DNA of 63,972 nt, the filler included, from Olpidium bornovanus S191 (lineage: Eukaryota > Fungi > Olpidiomycota): assembly GCA_017911155.1 (NCBI GenBank). It is 25 parts of 25 records of this genome, joined end to end, with 100 filler letters (N's around TTAATTAATTAA, not from the genome) between each part and the next. Parts side by side here need not be neighbours in the genome. Positions count along the whole stretch, not along the records: positions 10,437 to 17,758 come from JAEFCI010001066.1; positions 17,859 to 20,579 come from JAEFCI010007027.1; positions 20,680 to 22,366 come from JAEFCI010010728.1; positions 22,467 to 23,890 come from JAEFCI010006612.1; positions 23,991 to 25,296 come from JAEFCI010012648.1; positions 25,397 to 28,062 come from JAEFCI010000644.1; positions 28,163 to 29,477 come from JAEFCI010011586.1; 18 more parts are not named here. One strand, 5' to 3'. Shown piece after piece: positions 16,459 to 28,320 of the stretch. Every line of letters starts with the position of its first letter. Position 1 is the first letter of the stretch. The notes below the pieces were generated by a model. It did not search any database, had not been told where the DNA came from, and saw only the letters and a program-made list of their open reading frames with translations. A program made the position numbers and the translations under genes.

Positions 16459-17526
16459 ATGACGACCAGCGTGAGCCACAGCTCCGCGAAGTACCGAAGG
16501 CGGAATCTGGTCGAGAGCCTGATGGCCGGCGCGATACCGTATCTTGGTGCGCGCAAGCTACGTTCCCGCCGGGCCGCCTTGGTCACGGGGGCGAAGGGGG
16601 AAGACACCTGTTGCACACGTCCTTGCCATGCGCCCCCCCAGCGCCGACCCCCGGACCCTTTTCCCTCCCCAACGCAGAGTTGTGCGCAGGAGTGAGCGAG
16701 GTCAAGTTTTGCAGTCGGTCCGGAGTGTCGACGGGGAGCCTCGCGGCGTGGGAGAAGGTCTGCGCTTTCGGCCGCGGGCGGCTGCTGGAGGTATGGCGCG
16801 ACAAGCGACACCCAACTAACAGACACACCCCATTCCTTCCCCCCCCCCCCCCCCCGCTTCCCCCCCCGCCGCCGTTTCACCTCCGGTTTGGAACTTGCTC
16901 AGGAGTTCCACCCCTGCAAGCTCCCGCGGGCGTACAAGGACTTCCTGCTCGTAACCAACGGCCTCGACGTGATCTGGAGCGTAAAGCTGAAAGGTCCCCG
17001 ATGCGTTTTTGGTCGGACCGTCGCAAAGCTTTTCACCGAGCGCGTCGCGTGACGCCCCGGGTTGGCCGTCCCCTCCTCCTCTCTACCCCGCTTTCAGGCA
17101 GGGTGGTCCCTGTGGGCAGCATGCACATCGCCAGCATCGACTCGATCGTGCGGTTGAAGCTCTCCAGCACCGGCAAGGCGCAGGACTTCCGCGCCGCTTT
17201 CGTTATCGACGAGAACAAGTTGATCGGGACGGTGGCAATGGTTTACCGCGAAGGTGCGGGCGGCGAAAAGAAAAAAGCGGCGGGAGGGCGTGGGCGGGGC
17301 CTAGTTACATATCGGTTCGTGACGGGGAACGACCGTCGCCCGGGCCTGAAAAACCCGGCTTTTTTTTTCGGGCGTCGGGGTACTCTCCCGTTTTACCCCA
17401 CCCAGCGGACGAGCCCGAGTTTTGGTTTCAGACCGCGGGCGGGGAGTGGCATTTTATATGCCCTTCGTTTTCCAACTACTACCGCCTCATGATCGCCCAC
17501 CTCGGCATCTACGGGTGGCATTTCGC
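16459..17526 (+). CDS. TPGS2: Tubulin polyglutamylase complex subunit 2 (SMI1/KNR4-like fold), 3' partial
   Basis: Spliced: LVESLMAGAIPYL/ELCAGVSEV..LAAWEK/EFHPCKLPRAYKDFLLVTNGLDVIWSVKLKG/RVVPVGSMHIASI../EPEFWFQTAGGEWHFICPSFSNYYRLMIAHLGIYGWHF. Matches TPGS2 motifs (TNG...WSVKL, PLGSM, YYRL...HLG...W). Confidence 0.9.
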
Positions 17527-17589
17527 GTAAGTAACGAGCTGTTGACTTTGTTTTAATTTTTTTGGTTTGTCGTTTGTTTTCTTAAATTT

Positions 17590-17758
17590 TTGTTGAATTT
17601 TTTGAATTTTCTAAGTTTTTTGAATTTTTTGAATTTTTTGAATTTTTTGAATTTTTTGAATTTTTTGAATTTTTTGAATTTTTTGAATTTTTTGAATTTT
17701 TTGAATTTTTTGAATTTTCTGAATTTTTTGAATTTTTTGAATTTTTTGAATTTTTTGA
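17590..17758. repeat. 9-bp minisatellite (GAATTTTTT)n in a TPGS2 intron, at the contig end
   Basis: About 18 near-perfect units. Confidence 0.95.
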
Positions 17759-18156
17759 NNNNNNNNNNNNNNNNNNNNNNNNNNNNNNNNNNNNNNNNNN
17801 NNTTAATTAATTAANNNNNNNNNNNNNNNNNNNNNNNNNNNNNNNNNNNNNNNNNNNNCATGATGGTTTACGACCGAAACGAGAAAGAATGGTTTTTTTT
17901 TCTCTTTTTTGGGTTTGTGATGTGGATGGGAAATCTCGGTGGGGTACTTGCGTATTATCCTCCGGGTGAGATGGGATTCGCACACAACCAAAGCTGTGTT
18001 GAAACCGTCGTTACTCGTTCACGTAACTCCCTTTCGTCCCTTCTTCTCGCTCGCTCGCTGCGCTTTCCGTCTTCCTTCCGGGCACCACGAAGTCAAACGC
18101 CCTCAACGCCACCCCGGCGCGGAGTGGGGGCTGTCGCTTCTCTGTTGTGTTTGTCT

Positions 18157-18270
18157 TCTCTCTCTTTTTCTCTCTCTCTCTCTCAGTCTCTCTTTTTCTC
18201 CCTTTCTCTCTTTCTCTCTCGCTCTCTCGCTCTCTCGCTCTCTCGCTCTCTCGCTGTCTCTCTCTTTGGT
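18157..18270. repeat. (CT)n and CTCG compound microsatellite upstream of the PAK gene
   Basis: Read directly. Confidence 0.85.
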
Positions 18271-18601
18271 CCCGGCCGTTCGCGGTCAATCGACCGCCCT
18301 CCGCAAGCCTCCCCGCCGCCCCGCCTCCGCCCGCTCCAGTTGCCGTGGCGACGACCCGACGGCGCCGGCGAAGGAAAATCCTTCGTCTTTGCCGCCACCG
18401 CCTCCACCTTCCCCCCTCCCCTCCCCCACCTCGCCTAACGTCCCACGTTTCCTGCACGCTTCGCACGCACCCCCCCCCCTTCCCGCCCTTGGCAGCCTGC
18501 GAACATCCCCGTCGGCCCTGACCCTCTCTCACCACCGCCCCGTTTCGTATGAAAGCGGGTTTCTAATCCCTTCTTTAGGTGCCGCCGCACCCCGCCTCAC
18601 C

Positions 18602-20579
18602 ATGTCCGACCTCGTGATAAAGCGCGGTTACGTGGCCGTCAAGGAGGATGGGATCATGGCCTGGGGTTGGAACAAGAGGTCGATGATGCTTCATGAGACT
18701 ATGCTAAGTTTCCACAAGAACGAGGTCGGTGGGAAAGAAAACAAGTCGGGAACGTAGGCAAAGCGGCCGCTTGCATCACGTCGTCCTGACAGCCGTCGTC
18801 CTTCGCCTTGTTGTGAACCCCGACGAACAGACTACATACCAGGCAATCGGCGTTGTCTTCCTCAAGGACGTGGAGTCTGTGAACCGGAGCGAGCAGCGCC
18901 CCTACTGGTGAGGACTCCGGGCCCCCGGCGAAATCTGACCTTGTGTGGAAATTTCGACACTGGTACGACCGTGCCTTGATCGATTTGCGGTGCCCGAAAC
19001 GTCGCGCAACAGCTTCGAGATGGTGACGAAGGAGAAGACGTGGTACATCTCGTGCAAGAACGACGAGGAGCTGTACTCGTGGATGGACGAGATATACCAG
19101 CGGTTGCCGCTGACGGGAGTGTCGAACCCGACGAACTTTGCGCACAACGTGCACGTCGGCTTCGATCCGAACTCGGGCGGCTTTACGGGCCTGCCGGATC
19201 AGTGGGCCGATCTGCTCAGCCAGTCCAAAATCTCAAAGGAGGACTACAAGCGGGACCCGCAGGCGGTGCTTGAAGTCCTGGAGTTCTACACGCATCAGCA
19301 GAAGGCGGGGATGGGCATGATGGACACGGACGGGCGGTTACAGGATCGGCAGATGACGGACATGTCGCCGTCGGTAGACGCCGTGGACGGGCGGTCGCAG
19401 ATCGGTTTCAGCCCACCGATGGGCAGAGGGCCGCCGCTTATGCCCAGCCCTCCGATGGGTCGGGCGGCACCGCACGAGCAGGGCCCGCCGATGGATTACG
19501 GTCCGCTTCCTAGAATTAGTCCATCGATGAGCAGATCAACGCCGAACATCGCGACCCCGCCGATGGGCAGGGGGCCGCCGATGATGCCGATGCACCCATA
19601 CGACAGAGTGCCGAGCCGGGAAGACATGGTAATTTGATAGTGGGACCTCGCACCCGTTGGATCGGGATTCACAGCGTTATACGCGGTTTGTCCTGACCGT
19701 TTTATCCTGTAGCGCGGGCAACCGCCGTTGCCGAATAAGTTTTGGGCTCAGGGACAGATGACCCCGCCCCAACAGAGAGCCCCGCCGCCCGGTGTAAGTT
19801 AGATTCCAGGGTCCCTATGGAAATGGCGTGTTGAAAAGGTGCACAACTAGTAGCCGTGCTCATCAAGTCTGTCGTCGGCATGGCCAACTCTGCACTTGGC
19901 GAGGCAGATGGGTCGGCGCGGCTCCTTGCCGTTTAACTCGAGTAGCCAAAACGCGCGGATTCCGCCGCAAAACATGGTCTACGCGCCCCCGTTTCGGGAG
20001 GGACAACCCCCGCCTCCTCAGCGGCCCCAGCCGCCGGGACCGTCGCATCCTCAGCGGCCCCAGCCGCCGGGACCGCCCCCCCAAGCACAAAGACCGCCAC
20101 AGGCCAACCCCCAAGCTGCTCCCCAAGCTGCTGCGGCCTTACCGCCGCAAAAGCAACAGGCTCCACCGTCGCGGACCGGGCGACCACCAGCGGCGTCCGA
20201 AGCCCAGGTCCTTGAGAAGCTGAGATCGGTCGTGTCGAAAGGAGACCCGACAACGTTATACCAGAAAATCAAGAAAATCGGTCAGGGGTGAGTCGGAAGG
20301 AGGGAAGTCGTTCACGGCAATAACGGGGTCGAGAGAGAGACCTGAAGTCATACTTGGTTCTACGCGCAGTGCATCCGGATCCGTTTATGTAGCCCGATGC
20401 CTGGCGAACAACGCAAAAGTGGCGATCAAACTGATGGACCTGGCTCACCAGCCTAGGAAGGAGCTGATCGTTAACGAGATCTTAGTGATGAAGGAGTCTG
20501 GGCATCCCAACATCGTGAATTACCTGGACTCATATCTTCTCCGGTCTTCGGAGCTCTGGGTAGTGATGGAGTACATGGA
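18602..20579 (+). CDS. CLA4: Cla4-type PAK kinase (PH + CRIB + kinase), 3' partial
   Basis: PH: [43 protein letters not shown]: [22 protein letters not shown]. Kinase: [68 protein letters not shown]. Confidence 0.95.
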
Positions 20580-20750
20580 NNNNNNNNNNNNNNNNNNNNN
20601 NNNNNNNNNNNNNNNNNNNNNNNTTAATTAATTAANNNNNNNNNNNNNNNNNNNNNNNNNNNNNNNNNNNNNNNNNNNNGGGGGGGGCCCCCCGCGGTTT
20701 TTTGGGGGTGGGCGGCCTTTGGGTTTTTGTTTGGGGGGCCTTTCCTTTTT

Positions 20751-20781
<31 letters not shown>

Positions 20782-20936
20782 CTCCTGGCTTCGTCGTATT
20801 TCGGTGGAGGCTGCAGGTTCTCGCGCGACGCCGAAACTACGGACCTCGCGGAGCTTCGGTTGAAATGTTGCCGCGGTTTTTTTCTCCCTTTACTACTCCC
20901 TTCCGCCCCCCCTCCCCTCCCTTCCCGCCTCCCCAG

Positions 20937-21392
20937 CCTGGTTAGCCTCAAGATCATAGTGGGCATCCACCTCCTCAACTACGCGCACCGGAGGCTGGAG
21001 GGCACCATGGAGCGCGAAGCACGGGACAAGGCTTCGGCGGATTCGGAGAAGAAAGAGCGGGACGTACGTGTGGATTCGTTGCTTGCCTCGCCCCTGGCTG
21101 ACGACGTTTTTTTTTAGGCGGGGAGGAGGAGGCCACGCGCGCAAATTCGGTCATCTGACGGGCCCCGGCCGCCGCACGAAATAAAAAAAACCACTAAAAT
21201 CCCTCACCCACCCCTTACGCCGCAACCGCCGCTTTCGCTTTCTTCTTCTCACTTTTCAAGGCTGAACGCAAGCGTCTAAACCAGAAGCTGTCAGACGTGA
21301 CCAAGGATTCGACATGGAAGGCGGAGATGGACACACCGCTGACGTTGGAGACGATAGACCGGTACACGCTGTTCAAGTCTCGGATACCTTGA
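20937..21392 (+). CDS. TAPT1/Emp65 (DUF747) membrane protein, last exons (5' partial)
   Basis: LVSLKIIVGIHLLNYAHRRLEGTMERE.. then final exon AERKRLNQ..LTLETIDRYTLFKSRIP*. Resembles the TAPT1/Emp65 last TM helix and its C-terminal DR(Y/F)T motif. Confidence 0.7.
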
Positions 21393-22312
21393 CAAAAGGG
21401 GACGGTGGAGGCGGTTTTTTTTTTTAAAAAATAAAAACGCTTTCCCCGCGAAAGCCGAAACAGGTATGCCTTGAAAAGGAAAGTTGGCCCGTCTTTTTTT
21501 TTTGACCTCGCATCTCTAGGAATGGTGGGGAGGAAAAACGTCGCAAAATTCCGGCAGGCCTTATTTTTGAAAGCCCTGCTCGCCGCAGAAATACCGGAAA
21601 CCAAGCGAGACACGCCCGTCACGGACAGGTCGCAAGAAGAAAAACGTTCTTTTTATTGTTGGAAAAAAAAAAGACTCCACTTTGAGACGAACACGAAATA
21701 CTGGGGCGCACAATTCGACTTGACGAAATGGGGGAGCCGACCGCCTCTAGCAATTATCTCTCACTCCAGGATACCCCCCCCCACACACGCCAGCGTTTAG
21801 GATGGCGCTATTCTCTGGCCACAACCGGTTGGACATAGCAGATGGGTCCTTAAGAACGGGAGGCCAGTGGCAAATGCCACGAGAGACAACCACGAAACTG
21901 TCTTTTCTGTTTGGGCGGTGATGTCATAATGAGTCATAATGATGTCCCGCGCGGAAATTGTAGAAAACGCGGCGTATCTTACCACCGCGACAACATACTG
22001 TGAGCACTGGCACGCCACCACACGTGTCCTCGCACTACGTGCTCCAACCCCTTCCATCCTCCTTGCCCGTAGGCTCGCCCCTCATAGATGATATCCCTTC
22101 ACACCTTTTAAGAGCATTCTCTTTCTGGCGTCTCGTCACCGCCCGTGCCTCGTGCCTAGGCGTTCTGCTTCCTCTTTTGCCTCACGAAAACAACGGCGAA
22201 CCCCTTCACCTTCCCTTTCCCTTCCCCCTCAACCCCGCTGTTCGGGGTCCGCGGCGAAGCCGGCCTTGCTCCCTCGTACGGTGCAAGACACCTCACCCAC
22301 CTGGCCAAATTC

Positions 22313-22366
<54 letters not shown>

Positions 22367-22532
22367 NNNNNNNNNNNNNNNNNNNNNNNNNNNNNNNNNN
22401 NNNNNNNNNNTTAATTAATTAANNNNNNNNNNNNNNNNNNNNNNNNNNNNNNNNNNNNNNNNNNNNGCTTGCGGTGGTGGGCGGCGCGGTGGGCGGCGCA
22501 CCGCGCCGCCGAGATGGGGGGCACCCAGAGAG

Positions 22533-22573
<41 letters not shown>

Positions 22574-24054
22574 AAAAAGAAAAAAAACGAAGGCCGTAAT
22601 ACGTGCGGGAGGAAATTAACGAACTGAAAAAGGGGACCCCATCCGGGTTGAGCCACGCGCTCAACGTTCGACAGTCGGCCGAAAGTTCGCGCGACGAACA
22701 AAAAAAAAAAAAAAAAAAAAAAAAAAATTCTGGCCTGCCGTTTCGTCCTTTTCGGCATTGCCGCTCCTGCTCTGACCAACTGCTTTTTCTGTGTCGTTGA
22801 CATAACGCCCCCTGAACCGCCCGGCCCACACGCTGTTACGGCCTGTTTAGTGGGCGGCGACGGGCAGCGAGGAGGCGGCGAGCAAACGCAGCAAGGCGTG
22901 CAGGAGGGCAGTGGCAATGGCGCTGATAACGCGTTGAAGGAAAGAAAGGAGACGGTTCCTTTCTCTTCCGTTTGCTTTTCCGCGCGATGGAGCGCGGAGC
23001 CGGTCTGCGCCGGCTCCTCCTTTCAGGAGTAGCACTTTTATGATCTCGCGACCCGTAGAGAGCACCCGCACGGTTCACAATGTGTTGTATATAAATGCAA
23101 TATCCATAATGGTCGCATTCAAACTACTCCAGCACTCGCTCAAATGCCTCGGGATGATATCGCGCGGGCCTCAAATCCGCATTCCGAACCAGGTCCGTTG
23201 AGTTTTGCCTCCCCAACCGTTTGAGCAACGTTCTCCGCGACGTGGCCGGATATGGCGACGTGCCGTTACCGCGGTCAACAAGCACTCCAATCGGGATCTC
23301 CCTGAACCAATCCATAAAGCAGTACCGCTGCGTGCTCTCAACGCACGGCCAAAAGTTCCTTTACTACCTCCCAAAAGCGACGGTAATAGAGCACTCAACC
23401 TGCTGCCCTCGTCAACAGCAAACGTATGCTCACACGCTCTCTCTCCCCCCTCCCCCCCCCCCCCCCCCACCCCCCCCACCCCCCCCCCCCCCCCCGCGCG
23501 CCCGGTTTCAGCCCGGCTCGGGCCTAAAAAAAAGAAATCACCCGAGAAACGTCACTGTCTCTGTCTCACGAATTTTTTTTTTTTCTTTCTTACTCTCCTT
23601 CCTCCAACACCCTGGTCTGACTGACGACGCGGAGCGCGCTCCCCCCGGCCTTTCCGCCCGGGCCCACTTTGCCGGCCTGGACGTCGGCCGCCGACGGTGC
23701 GGCATCGTTGCCCTTAAGGATGGGATGGACGGGACCCGAGGTCGACTCGGGGTAGACGAACACCGGAGCTCGGGACGCCGGACAATGCCGGATGACGTCT
23801 GGAAAAAAAATAATGTGAAACGGGGGAAACCCCTGTGAGGGTTGCAGTCGCCCCCACCCGCACACCCCCCACATCCCCCACTCACCCCCCNNNNNNNNNN
23901 NNNNNNNNNNNNNNNNNNNNNNNNNNNNNNNNNNTTAATTAATTAANNNNNNNNNNNNNNNNNNNNNNNNNNNNNNNNNNNNNNNNNNNNGCTACGGGAT
24001 AAAAACAAAAAAAAATAATAAAACAAAAGGTCTGACGGAGGATTCTCTTTCTCG

Positions 24055-24175
24055 TTCGGCCTTTCGTTCGTTCGTTCGCTCGTTCGTTCGTTCGCTCGCT
24101 CGTTCGTTGGTTCGCTCGCTCGTTCGTTCGCTCGCTCGTTCGTTCGCTCGCTCGTTCGTTCGTCCGTTCGTTCAT
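24055..24175. repeat. Mixed tetranucleotide microsatellite (CGTT/CGCT)n
   Basis: Read directly. Confidence 0.9.
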
Positions 24176-24403
24176 TCCGCGTTTACCGTCCACTTCCCCC
24201 GCCCCGCGACAGTCGAAGATTTTCCGGTCGGCCGAAACGTGAAAACGACCCCAACATCGCCTGAAAAAAAAAAAAAAAAAAAAAAGCCCGGGCTCGGTTC
24301 AAGCCCGTCGCCTCCCCGCCCTTCGCCGGGGTCCCGCGCTTGCTCCGCCTCCTCCAGTTTCACACGACAGCACGCACGCCGCCCGCCGTCCGCCGCCCGC
24401 GCG

Positions 24404-25296
24404 ATGCTGCTGCCGCCGGGACCGCCTCTGGGCCTGGCCCGCTCGTGCGCCGGCCGTTTCCCGGCCGCCGCGGCCGCCGCGCGCAGCGGACCCTCCTGCC
24501 CGCTTCCGCCGCTCGCCGCCGCCGTTCGCCCCGCCGCCGCCACGTCGGTCCGATTCTGTGAGTGGCCGCACAGTTGACCCTCCCCGCGCCCCGCCCCCTC
24601 CCTTCTCCCTCGGTTTTCTGGAGAGTCGTCGAGCTTTTCTCTGCGCCCGCCCGCCCATTGGGGACACAAAAACTTTTCAGGAAGACGTGTCGTTTGCCCT
24701 CTGCCCCCTCCTCTCCCCTCGTTTCCCCCCCGACTCTGCCACGACCTCGCTTTAAGTCGGCCGCGTCTTTTTTTTTTTCTCTTCACCCTCTCCGCCCTCT
24801 CTGACGTCAAGCACATTTCTGCCACTAAGACGCGAGGCCTCGCTGGCGGACCCCGGAGTTCGCGACGAGGATCACGTCGGACGTCAAGCAGACGACCGCC
24901 AACGACCTTTTCCAGGACAACGAGTTGCTGTACGAATCACCTGACGGCGGCAGGGCGTGGGTTATAAAGACCCCTGAAGGGCCGAAGGTCCGGTTAGAAT
25001 TCCCCAAAGGGACGCCCATGCACGCCTCGGGCAGGCCGTGGAGCAACCGCCAGCGGTTCCTGGCCGCGCAGTACATCGTGATGCTGAAGTCGCCCGCGGC
25101 GCTGGTCTTCCAGCTGGTCCACGGGCCGTCGCACCTCTTAAACGCGACGCGGAACGAGATGGCGATGAAGGGCCTGTCCCTGACCATGATCGACAACGAG
25201 GTCGCCCGATTGGCCTTTGGGCCGACGCGCTACGCTGGCCTCTGCGAGGTGCTTGCGGGACGGTGCGTCATGTGCTACTGGGACCCGGACTTTGAA
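24404..25296 (+). CDS. Probable mitochondrial ribosomal protein uL10m (3' partial)
   Basis: Exon 1 (24404-24557) is an Arg/Ala-rich presequence-like segment and joins in phase to exon 2 at 24830. Core ..LVFQ..LLNATRNEMAMKGLSLTMIDNEVARLAFGPTRYAGLCEVLAG.. fits the uL10 pattern. Confidence 0.6.
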
Positions 25297-26017
25297 NNNN
25301 NNNNNNNNNNNNNNNNNNNNNNNNNNNNNNNNNNNNNNNNTTAATTAATTAANNNNNNNNNNNNNNNNNNNNNNNNNNNNNNNNNNNNNNNNNNNNGGGG
25401 GGAGGGAGGGAGGAAGGAAAAAGGAAGGAAAGAACCAACTTACTCTCTACGCCCTCTTTCCGCCCTTTCCGGGAGGGGAAAAAAGAAACGGGACGGGGGG
25501 GGAGCCCCCTCCCGAGGCGCGCGGCGGAAGGGGAAGGGGGCGGCCGGAAAACGGAGACCAAGGGCCCGCCCGGAAGAAGAAGGGATCCCGCCTGAAAACG
25601 GCAAACGGAACGTTTTGGCGAGAGCTCCCTCCCCACGCAGGGGAAAAGGTAAAAAGTAAAAAAAGCCCTATCGAACTTCCCCCGCACCCCGTCTATCGGC
25701 GTCCTGTAAGAGGAGTCGGGGAAAGGGGAGATGGGGAAGAAGAAGGGAAAGGGGGTCGGGGCGGGGGAGGAGTGGGGGAGGAAGGGGGCAGGTAGGTTGA
25801 CCTCTTTTCGGAGTCCAGGTCTGTCGTTCCGGCGACCGGGCTGCTTTTGCCCGAGTTGCCATTTGATTTGCTTATCGAAATAATTTCCGCTTCACCTCGG
25901 CAAGTCATGCGCTCCCTCAAATAGCGCCAAATCTTGTCACGTTTCTGGTTGGCGCATCACGCGCTCGCGGCGTGTTGGATTTTGGCGACAAATTGACGGG
26001 CATTTTTTGACACCAGA

Positions 26018-26083
26018 TTTTGACGAGTGTTTTGATTGATTCTGTTTTGACGAGCGTTTTGATTGATTCTGTTTTGATGAGTG
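26018..26083. repeat. 27-bp tandem repeat (TTTTGACGAG..GATTCTG), about 2.4 copies, in an AT-rich island
   Basis: TGA(C/T)GAG recurs at 26021, 26048 and 26075. Confidence 0.85.
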
Positions 26084-26945
26084 ATGGCCGAACGTTTGAC
26101 AAGAGATTCTGAAGCGGATACGACCGCGGATTATGAAGCGCGGATTTCAAAACGTGGATTTTTGGCGCGAATTTGGCCGGACACTTGAGTTGTACTGGGT
26201 CTTTTAAGATGATTTTGAAGTCGGATTTTGGCCGAGTTTTCGCTAGGGGGTTCTGACCAGAGTTCTGCTCGGGATTTTGGGAGGGAATAAAAAAAATTGG
26301 ATCGAAGTTTCTAAGCTGGTTTGGAAATTTGACTGCAATCTTGAGGCATACTTTTCTTTTTGTTTTGCAAATTTTTATGTTTCCAAATAGGATGTCAGAA
26401 ACATTAGGTTTTTCCAATGACAATATTCATATTTATTAAAATTATTACATTATAAAACTTACTTTGTCAGCCCAGATGAAATGCAGAATGCAATGCACAC
26501 TATTGACAGCTCGAATCGCTTTTTGTGTAACGACCGGTGTAGGTGCAATAGGTGCAGCCGGCACAGGAGGGGCGCCTGGCTGAATTTTTGCAGTGAATCT
26601 GTGTCGTGCGCACTTTGTCCGAGTCGACCTTAGGGGTGAGTATGCGTTTGCGCAGCGGAGTATCGACGGGAGCGGCCCGAGCGTGGAAACCCCGCATGAA
26701 AAAAGGGCCTAGCGCAGCGAAATGCCGGCTGCTGAGGTTGCTAAGCAACGTCGAACGTTCCAGTAGCGCCGTTTGATATAAAAACACCCTGGCAACACGA
26801 GCGCCCCGTCGGGCCGCCGCGGCGCCCGCTGCAGCACTCCGCAGTGCGGCCGAACCCACAGCACGTCGGCTCACTTTCGCAAAATCTCAAAGAACTACCC
26901 CGGATAGCAAAAAAACGGAACCCCGCAAACATCCACGTCAGAACT

Positions 26946-27955
26946 ATGAGCCTGAAGGACTGCGTCGACCGCGTCCGGTACATTTACGTAGAGTGTGCTC
27001 CGGAAGCGAAAGAGACACTCGAACATGAAGCAGGTTTAGATGACTGGACGCGGTTTAAGAAGAAAATTCATCAGAGCGTCAAAGAAGCGAGAAAGGTGGG
27101 CGTATGACCTAGAAATACGGCGCGGCTGCCAGTAATATAACATCGACACTACGAGAAAAGGGTTGACAAGCGACCTCATGGTTTCTTCCTCCTGTTCACA
27201 AAGTTCCTGAAAGAGCGGGATGAGGTCCTCAACTCAAAATATGGCACAGCAGCGGACGCCGCCCAACTGTCGTATCAGGCGCGGATGTGCATCAAGGCCG
27301 CAAAGGAAGACTTGGAATCACTGGAAGAAGTGCAGCGAAAAGCGGAAAAGAAAGAGTTGGTACGGGTGCTCGCCTTCGCAGCTCTACTCATGGGATTGGC
27401 ACCGCAGGACTTGCTTAATGCCGTTTGGATCTTACTTGGCCGCGCGAGAGGACTTAGCGTTGACCGGCCAAATTTGATTAGAAAAAGAAGCGCCTCGAAG
27501 ACATCCAACGGAACGCCGCTCGGAAAGAAGTCGTCGTGTTATGTCACCAGCATATCGAGGAGTTGGAGAACGCGGAAAAACGGCGGGGCCAGGAGGCAGC
27601 GACAGCTGACCGGCAATTGCTCTTTACCGGAGTCGGTGCTGTATCCAACCGAATAGGTACGCCAGCATGGAGAGACGAGGAAGGTTGTCCGGTAATCTGC
27701 CTGGCTCCATTCTGACCTTTTGACGTTGGTTGGCCCGTTCTATGCCTTTTCTTTTTTTTGTCCACTCCTTTTCATTATCTTTTTTTTTTGATGCGCTAGA
27801 TATCGCGCGGGCAGGAAACAGCGTGTCGCCGGCACCTTCGGGGCGCGCAGCAAATGCAGTAGCAGATAATGGATTCGGCGGCAACGCGGCGCGACATGCG
27901 TTGGTTGGTCTTGGCGGCGGCGCGCGGGCAAGAACAGGGGGCATGTCGACGATTC
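26946..27955 (+). CDS. Probable Qc-SNARE of the SYP7 type, N-terminal part (3' partial; SNARE motif and TM not in contig)
   Basis: MSLKDCVDRVRYIYVECAPE..DDWTRFKKKIHQSVKEARK/FLKERDEVL..AQLSYQARMCIK../..ARKEVVVLCHQHIEELENAEKRR. Helical N-terminal pattern recalled from SYP7-like SNAREs. Confidence 0.55.
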
Positions 27956-28320
27956 GTACCGATGTCCTCAGTGGCAACGCCCAACGGGCCATTACCCCAA
28001 ACACTTCGTTTTGTCCCATTCGAATTTTCTCGCGTCGGAATGGCTTTTCCGTTGAAATTGGANNNNNNNNNNNNNNNNNNNNNNNNNNNNNNNNNNNNNN
28101 NNNNNNTTAATTAATTAANNNNNNNNNNNNNNNNNNNNNNNNNNNNNNNNNNNNNNNNNNNNCATGTGACCCCTATTAGTTCCAAAAAGAGTCACGAAAA
28201 TTTACTTGCGGTGCGGCCCTGACGTGGGTCTGGTCGGCCATTCACCAGACCCACCAGGCGGCTCTGTCTTTCCTTTTCCCACAGGTCCGACCGGTACCAG
28301 CTCTGTGAGGTCGCGCCCGA

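Noticed and set aside
17590-17758. (GAATTTTTT)n at a contig end as a telomere repeat (likewise 62804-62925)
   Set aside because: It has no G-rich strand and follows a splice donor of an unfinished gene, so it is intronic.
23242-23280. GYGD as a potassium-channel selectivity filter
   Set aside because: It lacks the preceding T-(T/V) residues, the pore helix and flanking TM segments.
23124-23400. Minus-strand WFREIPIGVLVD as ATG5-like, joined by a 19-nt GT-AG intron
   Set aside because: The motif match is weak and the required intron is implausibly short. Left unassigned.
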